Shown here: positions 10,960 to 19,394 of the stretch, one piece after another
Layout of the letters: the number at the start of each line of letters is the position of its first letter
Position numbering within the stretch: the first letter of the stretch is position 1
DNA from: Buchnera aphidicola str. APS (Acyrthosiphon pisum)
GTDB taxonomy: Bacteria > Pseudomonadota > Gammaproteobacteria > Enterobacterales > Enterobacteriaceae
Length of the DNA stretch: 32,000 bases
Direction of reading: 5' to 3'
NCBI RefSeq assembly: GCF_000009605.1
Contig: NC_002528.1
Location: forward strand, 150,001 to 182,000
Translations under genes and position numbers: made by a program
Notes under the pieces: generated by a model
Databases searched by the model: none
Told to the model about the DNA's origin: nothing
What the model saw: the letters and a program-made list of their open reading frames with translations, nothing else

Positions 10960-12093
10960 TTATCTTGTCAGATCATCAAAAAATCTTTTAACACCATCAA
11001 AAAATCTTTTTGAACGAGGACTATTTTTTTCGCCGCGAAAACCGTGAAAACTATTACCTAATTCATGCAAAAGGTTTTTTTGTTGTTCATTAAGATTTAC
11101 AGGGGTTTCGACTACAACACGACATAATAGATCACCTTGATTTCTATTTTGTACTGATTTTACTCCTCTTCCACGAATACGAAAAAGTTTTCCTGATTGT
11201 GTCTCATATGGTATTTTTAGTTTAACTCTACCGTCTAGAGTAGGCACCTCTATTTCTCCACCTAGTGCTGCCATTGTAAAATTTATCGGTACTTCACAGT
11301 ATAGATTGTTTCCTTCTCTTTCAAAAATAGGATGTTTTTTGACTGTAATTTGAACATAAAGATCTCCTGATTGTGCGCCATTAGCACCTGCTTCTCCTTC
11401 ATTATTCAAACGAATACGATCATTGGTATCTAGACCTGGTGGAATTTTTACTGATAATATTTTATATGTTTCAACACGCCCTTGTCCATGACATAAATTG
11501 CACGGATCAGTAATTATTGTCCCCTTACCATGGCATGTAGGACATGATTGTTGTACTGTAAAAAAACCTTTTCTAATATGTATTTGTCCTTTGCCGTGAC
11601 ATGTAGAACATGAACGAGGTTTAGTACCCGTTCTTGTACCACTTCCGTAACATGTTTTACATTTTTGAAGCGTTGGAATTTGAATTTCTTTTTTTATTCC
11701 TTTTACTGCTTCTTCTAATGTAATTTCCATATTATAGCATAAATCAGCTCCTTTTTTAGCTCTTTGAGTTCTGTTTCCACCAAAAATATCACCAAAAACA
11801 TCCCCAAAAATATCACTAAAATCTGCGGAATTAGTAAAAGTGCTGTATGTACTATTAGACTGACCATTTTCAAAAGCCGCATGTCCATATTGATCATATG
11901 CACTTCTTTTTTCTTCATTAATTAAAATTTCATAAGCTTCTTTTATTTCTTTGAATTTTCCTTCAGCGGTTTTATCTCCTTGATTACGGTCAGGATGATA
12001 TTTCATCGCTAGTTTTTTATATGCTTTTTTAATTTCACGCTCTTCAGCCGATTTTGGAATGCCTAAAATTTGATAATAGTCTTTTTTTGCCAT
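10960..12093 (-). CDS. dnaJ: molecular chaperone DnaJ (Hsp40)
   Basis: The 377-aa ORF has a J-domain with [11 protein letters not shown]...[10 protein letters not shown], a G/F-rich linker and four CxxCxGxG zinc-finger repeats ([32 protein letters not shown]). Confidence 0.97.
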
Positions 12094-12111
12094 TCTAACT
12101 TACTCTACCTG

Positions 12112-12156
12112 ATTTAAAAATAATTACACGGGCGCAGAAGTTTATCTACGCCCGTG
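12112..12156 (-). terminator. GC-rich hairpin plus U-tract between dnaK and dnaJ; putative attenuator or partial terminator or mRNA-stabilising element
   Basis: CACGGGCG (12127-12134) and CGCCCGTG (12149-12156) form a perfect 8-bp stem with 7 G/C pairs and a 14-nt loop. On the transcribed minus strand the hairpin is followed by UAAUUAUUUUUAAAUC. It lies 50 nt after the dnaK stop and 33 nt before the dnaJ ATG. Confidence 0.55.
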
Positions 12157-12205
12157 CTAGTTTAAAGTCTATAATAATTATCTTTCAATATTTTATTAAA
12201 ATTGA

Positions 12206-14119
12206 TTATTTCTTCGGATCTTTAATTTCTTCAAATTCTGCATCTACAACATTTTCATCTTTTTTATTAGCTGACATATTGTTGTCTTTTTGATCTTTTT
12301 CTGATTTTTTTTGATTGATTTCTGTTAGCTTAGAAGATATTTTTAAAAGATTTTGTATGTTCTTTTCGATATCAGACTTATCTTCTCCTTTTAATGCATT
12401 TTCTAGTTTATTTAGAGCTAATTGAATATCTTTTTTACTCTCTTCTTCAATTGAATTTTTATTTTCATTTAGTTGTTTTTTGATACTATGAACTAGTTGA
12501 TCACCTTGGTTTCTTGTTTGAATTAATTCTTCAAACTTCTGATCTGCTTCAGAATTAGCTTCTGCATCATTTACCATTTTTTTAATTTCTTCTTCATTTA
12601 ATCCAGAAGATGCTTTAATGGTAATTTTTTGTTCTTTTCCAGTTTTTTTATCTTTTGCAGATACATGTAATATTCCATCGGAATCAATATCAAATGTTAC
12701 TTCAATTTGTGCTGTTCCTCTAGGAGCTGGATTAATCCCGTCTAAGTTAAATTGTCCCAATGATTTATTATCTGAAGATCTTTTACGTTCACCCTGAAGC
12801 ACGTGTATAGTAACTGCTGATTGATTGTCTTCTGCTGTTGAAAATATTTGACTATGTTTAGTAGGGATAGTGGTATTTTTATTTATCAGTGATGTCATTA
12901 TTCCACCCATAGTTTCAATTCCTAGGGATAGAGGAGTAACATCAAGTAATAAGACATCTTTAACATCACCAGAGAGAACTCCTCCCTGTACTGCAGCTCC
13001 AACTGCTACAGCTTCATCTGGATTTACATCTTTTCTAGGTTCTTTTCCAAAAAAATCAGCAACTTTAGATTGCACCATAGGCATTCTAGTTTGACCACCA
13101 ACTAATATCACATCATTTATGTCTGTTACTGATAATCCTGCATCTTTTAATGCAACTTTTAGTGGCTCAATTGAACGTAATATTAAATCTTCCACTAAAG
13201 ACTCTAATTTTGCTCGAGTAACCTTTATATTTAAATGTTTAGGTCCATTGGAATCTGCAGTGATGTATGGAAGATTAACATCTGTTTGTTGTGCGGATGA
13301 TAATTCTATTTTTGCTTTTTCCGCAGATTCTTTTAAGCGTTGCATGGATAATGGGTCATTTCTTAAATCTATTCCTTGTTCTTTTTTAAATTCTGTTACT
13401 AAATAATTAATTAGTCTACTATCAAAATCTTCTCCTCCAAGATGTGTATCTCCATTTGTAGCAAGAACTTCAAATGTTTTTTCTTTATCCACTTCATCAA
13501 TCTCGATGATTGAAATATCAAAGGTTCCACCACCTAAATCATATACAGCTATTGTTCTATTTCCTTTTCCTTTATCTAAACCATAAGCTAGTGCTGCAGC
13601 TGTTGGTTCATTTATGATTCTTTTTACTTCTAGTCCTGCTATCCTACCTGCATCTTTAGTTGCTTGACGTTGAGCATCATTAAAGTAAGCAGGAACCGTA
13701 ATAACTGCTTCTTTAATTGTTTCTCCTAAATAGTCTTCTGCAGTTTTTTTCATTTTTTTTAATACTTCTGCAGAAATTTGAGGAGGTGCCATTTTTTGTT
13801 TTTTTACATCAATCCATGCATCACCATTATCAGAATTTACAATATTATAAGGCATGATTTTTATATCACGTTGTACTTCATCATCTTTAAATTTTCTGCC
13901 AATTAAACGTTTTATAGCAAAAAGTGTATTCTTTGGATTAGTTATAGCTTGACGTTTAGCAGGTTGTCCTACTAAAACTTCTCCTTCTTGAGTATATGCA
14001 ATAATTGACGGTGTAGTACGATCACCTTCCGCATTCTCTAAAACACGTGGTTTATTGCCATCCATAATGGCAACACAAGAGTTGGTTGTTCCCAAGTCAA
14101 TACCAATAATTTTACCCAT
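12206..14119 (-). CDS. dnaK: molecular chaperone DnaK (Hsp70)
   Basis: The 637-aa ORF starts [21 protein letters not shown]. It has the Hsp70 signatures [13 protein letters not shown] and [11 protein letters not shown] and the C-terminal [17 protein letters not shown] lies 7 nt upstream of the ATG. Confidence 0.98.
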   Translation of the reverse strand: MGKIIGIDLGTTNSCVAIMDGNKPRVLENAEGDRTTPSIIAYTQEGEVLVGQPAKRQAITNPKNTLFAIKRLIGRKFKDDEVQRDIKIMPYNIVNSDNGDAWIDVKKQKMAPPQISAEVLKKMKKTAEDYLGETIKEAVITVPAYFNDAQRQATKDAGRIAGLEVKRIINEPTAAALAYGLDKGKGNRTIAVYDLGGGTFDISIIEIDEVDKEKTFEVLATNGDTHLGGEDFDSRLINYLVTEFKKEQGIDLRNDPLSMQRLKESAEKAKIELSSAQQTDVNLPYITADSNGPKHLNIKVTRAKLESLVEDLILRSIEPLKVALKDAGLSVTDINDVILVGGQTRMPMVQSKVADFFGKEPRKDVNPDEAVAVGAAVQGGVLSGDVKDVLLLDVTPLSLGIETMGGIMTSLINKNTTIPTKHSQIFSTAEDNQSAVTIHVLQGERKRSSDNKSLGQFNLDGINPAPRGTAQIEVTFDIDSDGILHVSAKDKKTGKEQKITIKASSGLNEEEIKKMVNDAEANSEADQKFEELIQTRNQGDQLVHSIKKQLNENKNSIEEESKKDIQLALNKLENALKGEDKSDIEKNIQNLLKISSKLTEINQKKSEKDQKDNNMSANKKDENVVDAEFEEIKDPKK

Positions 14120-14247
14120 TAAAGTTTCTCCTATTTAATATTTTGATAAATTGGGTTTTTTGCAACCTTTATGCGGCCACTTTTTTGGCTTTTAATTAGT
14201 TACATAAGTTTTATCATACTTTGCATCTGAAATGTTTAATGATTATT

Positions 14248-14278
14248 AGATGGGGTCGCTTTTTCGCTCATCAAGGGG
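14248..14278 (-). promoter_or_regulatory. sigma-32 (RpoH) heat-shock promoter for dnaK-dnaJ
   Basis: The minus strand reads tgCCCCTTGATgagcgaaaaagcgaCCCCATCTAataatc. Its -35 (CCCTTGAT) and -10 (CCCCATCTA) elements have consensus spacing and lie about 130 nt upstream of the dnaK ATG. As I recall it, E. coli dnaK P1 is CCCCCTTGATGACGTGGTTTACGACCCCATTTAGTAGTC. These are among the few G/C-rich words in this 334-bp spacer. Confidence 0.75.
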
Positions 14279-14453
14279 CAGTAGAAAAAAAAATAAAGTT
14301 TTACCAAACTATAACTGAAAATTATAAGTTTTTTATTTATTAAAAATAACATATTCGTTAATATATTTAATAACATAGTTTTTTTATATATTTATATATA
14401 TAAACAATCTATATTTAATGCTATAGATATTTTTAAATTTTCAGGGGTAATTA

Positions 14454-14858
14454 ATGTTAATAAATACTGAAGCAGTTAATGAATACTTATCCTTTTTTAT
14501 GTTTATATTTTTTTCTTTAGGATTATGTTTTTTTATGCTTTGTTTAAGTTGGATTTTAGGAGGCAGGTCTTCTTCTCGATATAAAAATACCCCTTTTGAG
14601 TCAGGGATTGTATCATCCGGTAATACTAATCTTTATTTTTCTGTAAAATTTTATTTAATTGCTATGTTTTTCGTTGTATTTGATGTTGAAGCACTATATT
14701 TATATGCTTGGTCTGTCAGTATAAAAGAATCTGGATGGATAGGATTTAGCGAAGCCTTAATGTTTGGAATATCTCTTTTATTAGGATTGTTCTATTTAGT
14801 TCGTATTCGAGCATTAAACTGGTCATCTTCAGTTAAAAATAATATTCAACTATTTTAA
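14454..14858 (+). CDS. nuoA: NADH-quinone oxidoreductase subunit A
   Basis: The 134-aa membrane protein contains KNTPFESGI...[23 protein letters not shown] (E. coli KNVPFESGI...[23 protein letters not shown]). AGGGG lies 6 nt upstream of the ATG. Confidence 0.95.
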   Translation: [134 protein letters not shown]

Positions 14859-14891
14859 CATATAATATGTTTTACCTTAATGAGGCATAAA

Positions 14892-15566
14892 ATGAATTAT
14901 ACTTTAACTAAAGCAGATTCTGATAACAATAATAAAAAATATCCAAAACAAACGATTGAGTCTGTTTCAGATCCTCTAGAAGAATATTTAAAAAAGAATA
15001 TTTTTATGGGTAAAATTACTCAATTATTACATAAATTAGTTAATTGGGGTCGAAAAAATTCTTTATGGCCTTATAATTTTGGTCTGTCTTGTTGTTATGT
15101 GGAAATGGTATCTGCTTTTACTTCCGTTCATGATGTTGCACGTTTTGGATCTGAAGTATTACGTGCGTCTCCTAGACAAGCTGATGTCATGGTGATAGCA
15201 GGTACGCCATTTATAAAAATGGCGCCTGTTATTCAGAGATTATACGATCAAATGTTAGAACCAAAATGGGTTATTTCTATGGGAGCATGTGCCAATTCTG
15301 GCGGAATGTATGATATCTATTCTGTTGTTCAAGGAGTAGATAAATTTTTGCCGGTTGATATTTATATTCCTGGTTGTCCACCTCGTCCTGAAGCGTATAT
15401 GCAAGCTTTAATACTGTTGCAAAAATTGATCAATGAAGAAAGAAGGCCGTTATCCTGGGTAATTGGAGAACAAGGTGTTTATCATAAAAAGATGCCATCT
15501 GAAAGAGTTCAAAAAAGAAGCAAAAGAATTAATATTATCAATCTTTCAACTTCAGAAAAAATTTAA
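14892..15566 (+). CDS. nuoB: NADH-quinone oxidoreductase subunit B
   Basis: Motifs present are [25 protein letters not shown] and IPGCPPRPE (N2 Fe-S cluster ligands). I chose the start at ATG 14892 (MNYTLTK; E. coli MDYTLTR) with GAGG 6 nt upstream. The track start at 14880 adds four residues (MRHK) and overlaps that SD. Confidence 0.95.
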   Translation: MNYTLTKADSDNNNKKYPKQTIESVSDPLEEYLKKNIFMGKITQLLHKLVNWGRKNSLWPYNFGLSCCYVEMVSAFTSVHDVARFGSEVLRASPRQADVMVIAGTPFIKMAPVIQRLYDQMLEPKWVISMGACANSGGMYDIYSVVQGVDKFLPVDIYIPGCPPRPEAYMQALILLQKLINEERRPLSWVIGEQGVYHKKMPSERVQKRSKRINIINLSTSEKI

Positions 15567-15656
15567 TAATATATTTAAAATATATAAATTTCTTTAATAT
15601 TACTGATTTTTTAGATGATAATATTATTATATTTTAAACTGAGTGGTGAGAGATAT

Positions 15657-17459
15657 ATGATTGATTTAATGCCAAAAAAAAATACATTTTTATTAAAAAA
15701 AAAATATAAAGAAGACTCAAATAATTCAGTAATTAATAATTTATTTGATTTCTTTGGTAAAGAATTTTGTTTTCATCAAATTACCTTAACCGGTTTTCCT
15801 ATAATTTGGATTGATAAGACATTATTAATAGAAGTTGGAAAATTTTTATATCATTTATCTCAACCTTATATCATGCTTTATGATTTACATGGCGTAGATG
15901 AACGTATTAGATTGCATCGAGAAGATTTACCTAAAGCTGATTTTTCCGTTTTTTATCATTTAATATCTATTGAACGCAACTCTGATATTATGATTAAAGT
16001 ACCATTATTAGAAAACGATTTGATCTTGCCAACTTTTACTGGTTTATTTCCTAATGCTAATTGGTATGAACGTGAAACTTGGGATATGTTTGGGATTATT
16101 TTTAATAATCATCCTAATTTAACTCGTATTATTATGCCTAGTACATGGAAAGGACATCCATTAAGAAAAAATTATTCTGCAAGAGCAACCGAATACGAAC
16201 CTTTCTTCTTAAATGAGCAGAAAGAAGATTTAGAAATGGAAGGTTTAAAATTTAAACCTGAGTTATGGGGTATGAAACGCAAGAACGACAATGTAGAATT
16301 TATGTTTCTAAATTTAGGTCCAAATCATCCTTCTGCTCATGGTGCTTTTAGAATTGTTTTACAGTTAGATGGTGAAAATATTGTAGATTGTGTTCCAGAT
16401 ATTGGGTATCATCATCGCGGAGCTGAAAAAATGGCAGAACGGCAGTCATGGCATAGTTATATTCCATATACTGATCGCATTGAATATCTGGGTGGTTGTG
16501 TAAATGAACTTCCTTATGTTTTAGCTGTAGAAAAATTAGCAAATATTTCAGTTCCAGAAAAAGCAGAAGTAATTAGAGTAATGATGTCAGAATTGTTTCG
16601 TATAAATAGTCATTTATTATATATTTCTACTTTTATTCAAGATGTAGGTTGTATGACTCCAGTTTTTTTTGCTTTCACTGATCGTCAAAAAATATATGAT
16701 TTAATTGAAGCAATTACAGGTGCTCGTATGCATCCTGCTTGGTTTCGTATTGGTGGAGTAGCTAATGATTTACCACAGGGTTGGAATATTTTATTAAAAG
16801 AATTTCTTGACTGGATGCCAAAAAGGTTAAAATACTATATAAACACTGCTTTAAAAAATAGTATTTTAATCCATCGATCAAAAGGAATTGCTGAGTATAA
16901 TAAAAAAGAAGCATTGCAGTGGGGTGTCACTGGAGCAGGTTTACGTGCTACAGGATTAAATTTTGATGTAAGGAAATGGAGGCCATATTCTGGATATCAA
17001 AATTATACTTTTGAAGTACCAGTGGGTTCGGGAATTAGTGATTGTTATTCAAGAGTAATGATTAAAGTAGAAGAAATTTATCAAAGTCTTTTTATTTTAA
17101 AACAATGTTTATGTAATATGCCATCAGGTCCTTTTAAATCTGAAGATTCATTGACTACGCCTCCTTCTAAAGAGTGTGTTTTGCAAAATATTGAGACTAT
17201 GATTACTCATTTTTTACAAGTGTCTTGGGGTCCAGTAATTCCAGAAAATGAAAGTTTTCAAATGATTGAAGCAACAAAAGGAATTAATAGTTATTACTTA
17301 ATTAGTGATGGTGGTACGATGAGTTATCGTACAAGAATACGTACACCTAGTTTTCCACATTTGCAACAAATACCTTCAGTTATTCGTGGCAGTTTGATAT
17401 CTGATTTAATTGTATATTTAGGTAGTATCGATTTTGTAATGTCTGACGTGGATAGATAA
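15657..17459 (+). CDS. nuoCD: NADH-quinone oxidoreductase fused subunit C/D
   Basis: One frame carries both NuoC ([17 protein letters not shown]) and NuoD ([37 protein letters not shown]) motifs, the fusion seen in E. coli. The start at ATG 15657 (MIDLMPKK, 600 aa) is preceded by GGTGAGAG. The track start at 15615 adds 14 unmatched residues. Confidence 0.95.
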   Translation: MIDLMPKKNTFLLKKKYKEDSNNSVINNLFDFFGKEFCFHQITLTGFPIIWIDKTLLIEVGKFLYHLSQPYIMLYDLHGVDERIRLHREDLPKADFSVFYHLISIERNSDIMIKVPLLENDLILPTFTGLFPNANWYERETWDMFGIIFNNHPNLTRIIMPSTWKGHPLRKNYSARATEYEPFFLNEQKEDLEMEGLKFKPELWGMKRKNDNVEFMFLNLGPNHPSAHGAFRIVLQLDGENIVDCVPDIGYHHRGAEKMAERQSWHSYIPYTDRIEYLGGCVNELPYVLAVEKLANISVPEKAEVIRVMMSELFRINSHLLYISTFIQDVGCMTPVFFAFTDRQKIYDLIEAITGARMHPAWFRIGGVANDLPQGWNILLKEFLDWMPKRLKYYINTALKNSILIHRSKGIAEYNKKEALQWGVTGAGLRATGLNFDVRKWRPYSGYQNYTFEVPVGSGISDCYSRVMIKVEEIYQSLFILKQCLCNMPSGPFKSEDSLTTPPSKECVLQNIETMITHFLQVSWGPVIPENESFQMIEATKGINSYYLISDGGTMSYRTRIRTPSFPHLQQIPSVIRGSLISDLIVYLGSIDFVMSDVDR

Positions 17460-17481
17460 TCATGTATAAAAAAAAAGTCAA

Positions 17482-17970
17482 ATGCAAGAAATTTCTATAA
17501 AATTTAAATTAACTAATGAAGAAATAAATGCAATAGAAAATCAAAAAAAATACTATGAAGATTTTCGTGCTATTTCTATAGAAGCGTTAAAAATTGTTCA
17601 AAAAAAACGAGGTTGGGTTTCTGATCAAGCTATTTATGCTATTGCAGAAATTCTGCATATTAACCCCAGTGATGTTGAAGGAGTCGCTACTTTTTATAGT
17701 CAAATTTTTCGTAAACCTGTGGGTCGTAATATTATTCGTTATTGTGATAGTGTAGTTTGTTTTTTGACAGGTTATAAAAGGATTCAAATAGCTCTAGAAA
17801 ATTATTTAAAAATAAAGATAGGAGAAACAACTAAAGACGATAGATTTACTTTATTACCAGTTTGTTGTTTAGGAAATTGTGATAAAGGTCCAACCATCAT
17901 GATTAATGAAGATACATATTCTGTTTTAACTCCAGAATCCATACCAAGTTTACTGGAATCATATAAATGA
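17482..17970 (+). CDS. nuoE: NADH-quinone oxidoreductase subunit E
   Basis: The 162-aa product contains [15 protein letters not shown] and the 2Fe-2S cysteines CDSVVC...[10 protein letters not shown]. Confidence 0.96.
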   Translation: MQEISIKFKLTNEEINAIENQKKYYEDFRAISIEALKIVQKKRGWVSDQAIYAIAEILHINPSDVEGVATFYSQIFRKPVGRNIIRYCDSVVCFLTGYKRIQIALENYLKIKIGETTKDDRFTLLPVCCLGNCDKGPTIMINEDTYSVLTPESIPSLLESYK

Positions 17971-19301
17971 ATAGAATTTTACGAATTTCAGAAACGCACC
18001 CTTTAACTTGGCGGTTAAGAGATGATCAAAAAACTGTTTGGATTAAAGAATATTGTGATAAAAATGGTTATTTATCTTTAAAGAAAGCATTAAAAGAAAT
18101 GCTTCCAGAAGATGTTATTAATATAGTAAAAGAATCTGGTTTAAAAGGAAGAGGAGGTGCAGGATTTTCTACTGGATTAAAATGGAGTCTAATGTCTCAA
18201 AACCATTCTTATACAAGAGAACGTGGTTACTTAATATGTAATGCTGATGAAATGGAACCTGGTACGTATAAAGATAGATTATTAATTGAAAAGATTCCTC
18301 ATCAATTAATTGAAGGAATAATATTGTCCGCATACGCATTAAACGTTTCTCGTGCTTATATTTTTTTAAGAGGAGAATATGTTCAAGCTGAGCATATTTT
18401 AAAACAATCTATACAGGAAGCAATTAATTTTGGTTTTATTGGATTAAATATCTTAGGAAGCAATTTTAATATCGAGTTAGTTTTACATACTGGGGCTGGA
18501 CGATATATTTGTGGAGAAGAAACTGCTTTAATTAATTCTTTAGAAGGTCGTAGAGCTAATCCTAGATCGAAGCCGCCATTTCCAGCAGTATTTGGTTTGT
18601 GGGGAAAACCTACTTGTGTGAATAATGTTGAAACACTGTCTAATGTTCCATGTATTATATTGAACGGTGTAAGTTGGTATAAAAATTTATCTAAAAGTTC
18701 TGATACAGGTACTAAATTAATGGGGTTCTCAGGAAATGTAAGAAATCCCGGTGTTTGGGAATTACCTTTTGGCACCACTGCTCGTGAAATTTTAGAAGAT
18801 TATGCTCATGGAATGAAGTCCGGTTTTTCTTTAAAAGCTTGGCAGCCAGGTGGCGCGGGAACAGATTTCTTGCTTGAAGAACATTTAGACTTGCCAATGG
18901 ATTTTAAAAATATCAGTCAGGCTGGAAGTCGTTTAGGAACTGCTCTTTCTATGGCTGTTGATAATAAAACTAGCATGGTTTCTCTTGTATATAATATAGA
19001 AAAATTTTTTTCACGAGAATCATGTGGTTTGTGTACACCATGTCGAGATGGGTTGCCTTGGATTGTAAAAATATTAAAAAGTTTAGAACAAAATAAAGGT
19101 CATAAAAATGATGTGAAAAACTTAGAAAAACTATGCTCTCATTTAAGTCCAGGAAAAACATTTTGTGCTCATGCGCCCGGGGCAATAGAACCATTGCAAA
19201 GTGCTATTAAATATTTTCGATCTGAATTTGAATCTGGAATCAATATAAGAAAAAGAGATTTAAATAAAAAAATTATTGGGATTCAATCTAATTGTATTTA
19301 A
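17967..19301 (+). CDS. nuoF: NADH-quinone oxidoreductase subunit F
   Basis: The 444-aa product has the FMN/NADH site [16 protein letters not shown] and the 4Fe-4S site [12 protein letters not shown]. Its ATG overlaps the nuoE stop (ATGA). Confidence 0.97.
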   Translation: MNRILRISETHPLTWRLRDDQKTVWIKEYCDKNGYLSLKKALKEMLPEDVINIVKESGLKGRGGAGFSTGLKWSLMSQNHSYTRERGYLICNADEMEPGTYKDRLLIEKIPHQLIEGIILSAYALNVSRAYIFLRGEYVQAEHILKQSIQEAINFGFIGLNILGSNFNIELVLHTGAGRYICGEETALINSLEGRRANPRSKPPFPAVFGLWGKPTCVNNVETLSNVPCIILNGVSWYKNLSKSSDTGTKLMGFSGNVRNPGVWELPFGTTAREILEDYAHGMKSGFSLKAWQPGGAGTDFLLEEHLDLPMDFKNISQAGSRLGTALSMAVDNKTSMVSLVYNIEKFFSRESCGLCTPCRDGLPWIVKILKSLEQNKGHKNDVKNLEKLCSHLSPGKTFCAHAPGAIEPLQSAIKYFRSEFESGINIRKRDLNKKIIGIQSNCI

Positions 19302-19394
19302 TTCAAACATTGAAATTTTTATAGAAAATATTTATTTTAAATAAATTTTTTTATATAAATTTATCTGAATAAAAGATTTTGGAATTATTCTCTT

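Noticed and set aside
11715-13406. Track ORFs 11715..11918 (-, alternative frame in dnaJ), 12870..13094 (+) and 13119..13406 (+, antisense to dnaK).
   Set aside because: They are nested inside strongly conserved chaperone genes. The relatively G/C-rich dnaK sequence lowers stop-codon frequency in the off-frames.
14300-14328. A sigma-70-like TTTACC-17 nt-TATAAG upstream of nuoA, with similar hexamer pairs upstream of rpsT and folC.
   Set aside because: It is plausible, but -10-like hexamers occur every few bases in AT-rich spacers. It cannot be supported from sequence alone without transcription-start data.
14880-15656. Longer N-termini from the track for nuoB (14880) and nuoCD (15615), and likewise nuoM (GTG 26431).
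   Set aside because: The extra residues have no counterpart in the E. coli orthologs. The downstream ATGs have SD-like sequences (GAGG, GGTGAGAG) and align with the known N-termini.
19330-19346. An AT-only palindrome ATTTATTT-t-AAATAAAT followed by a T-run in the nuoF-nuoG gap, and a similar weak AAACA-gtg-TGTTT after nuoL (about 26359-26371).
   Set aside because: These are pure A/T stems with 1-3 nt loops, too unstable to act as terminators in the middle of an operon. They are probably low-complexity symmetry.
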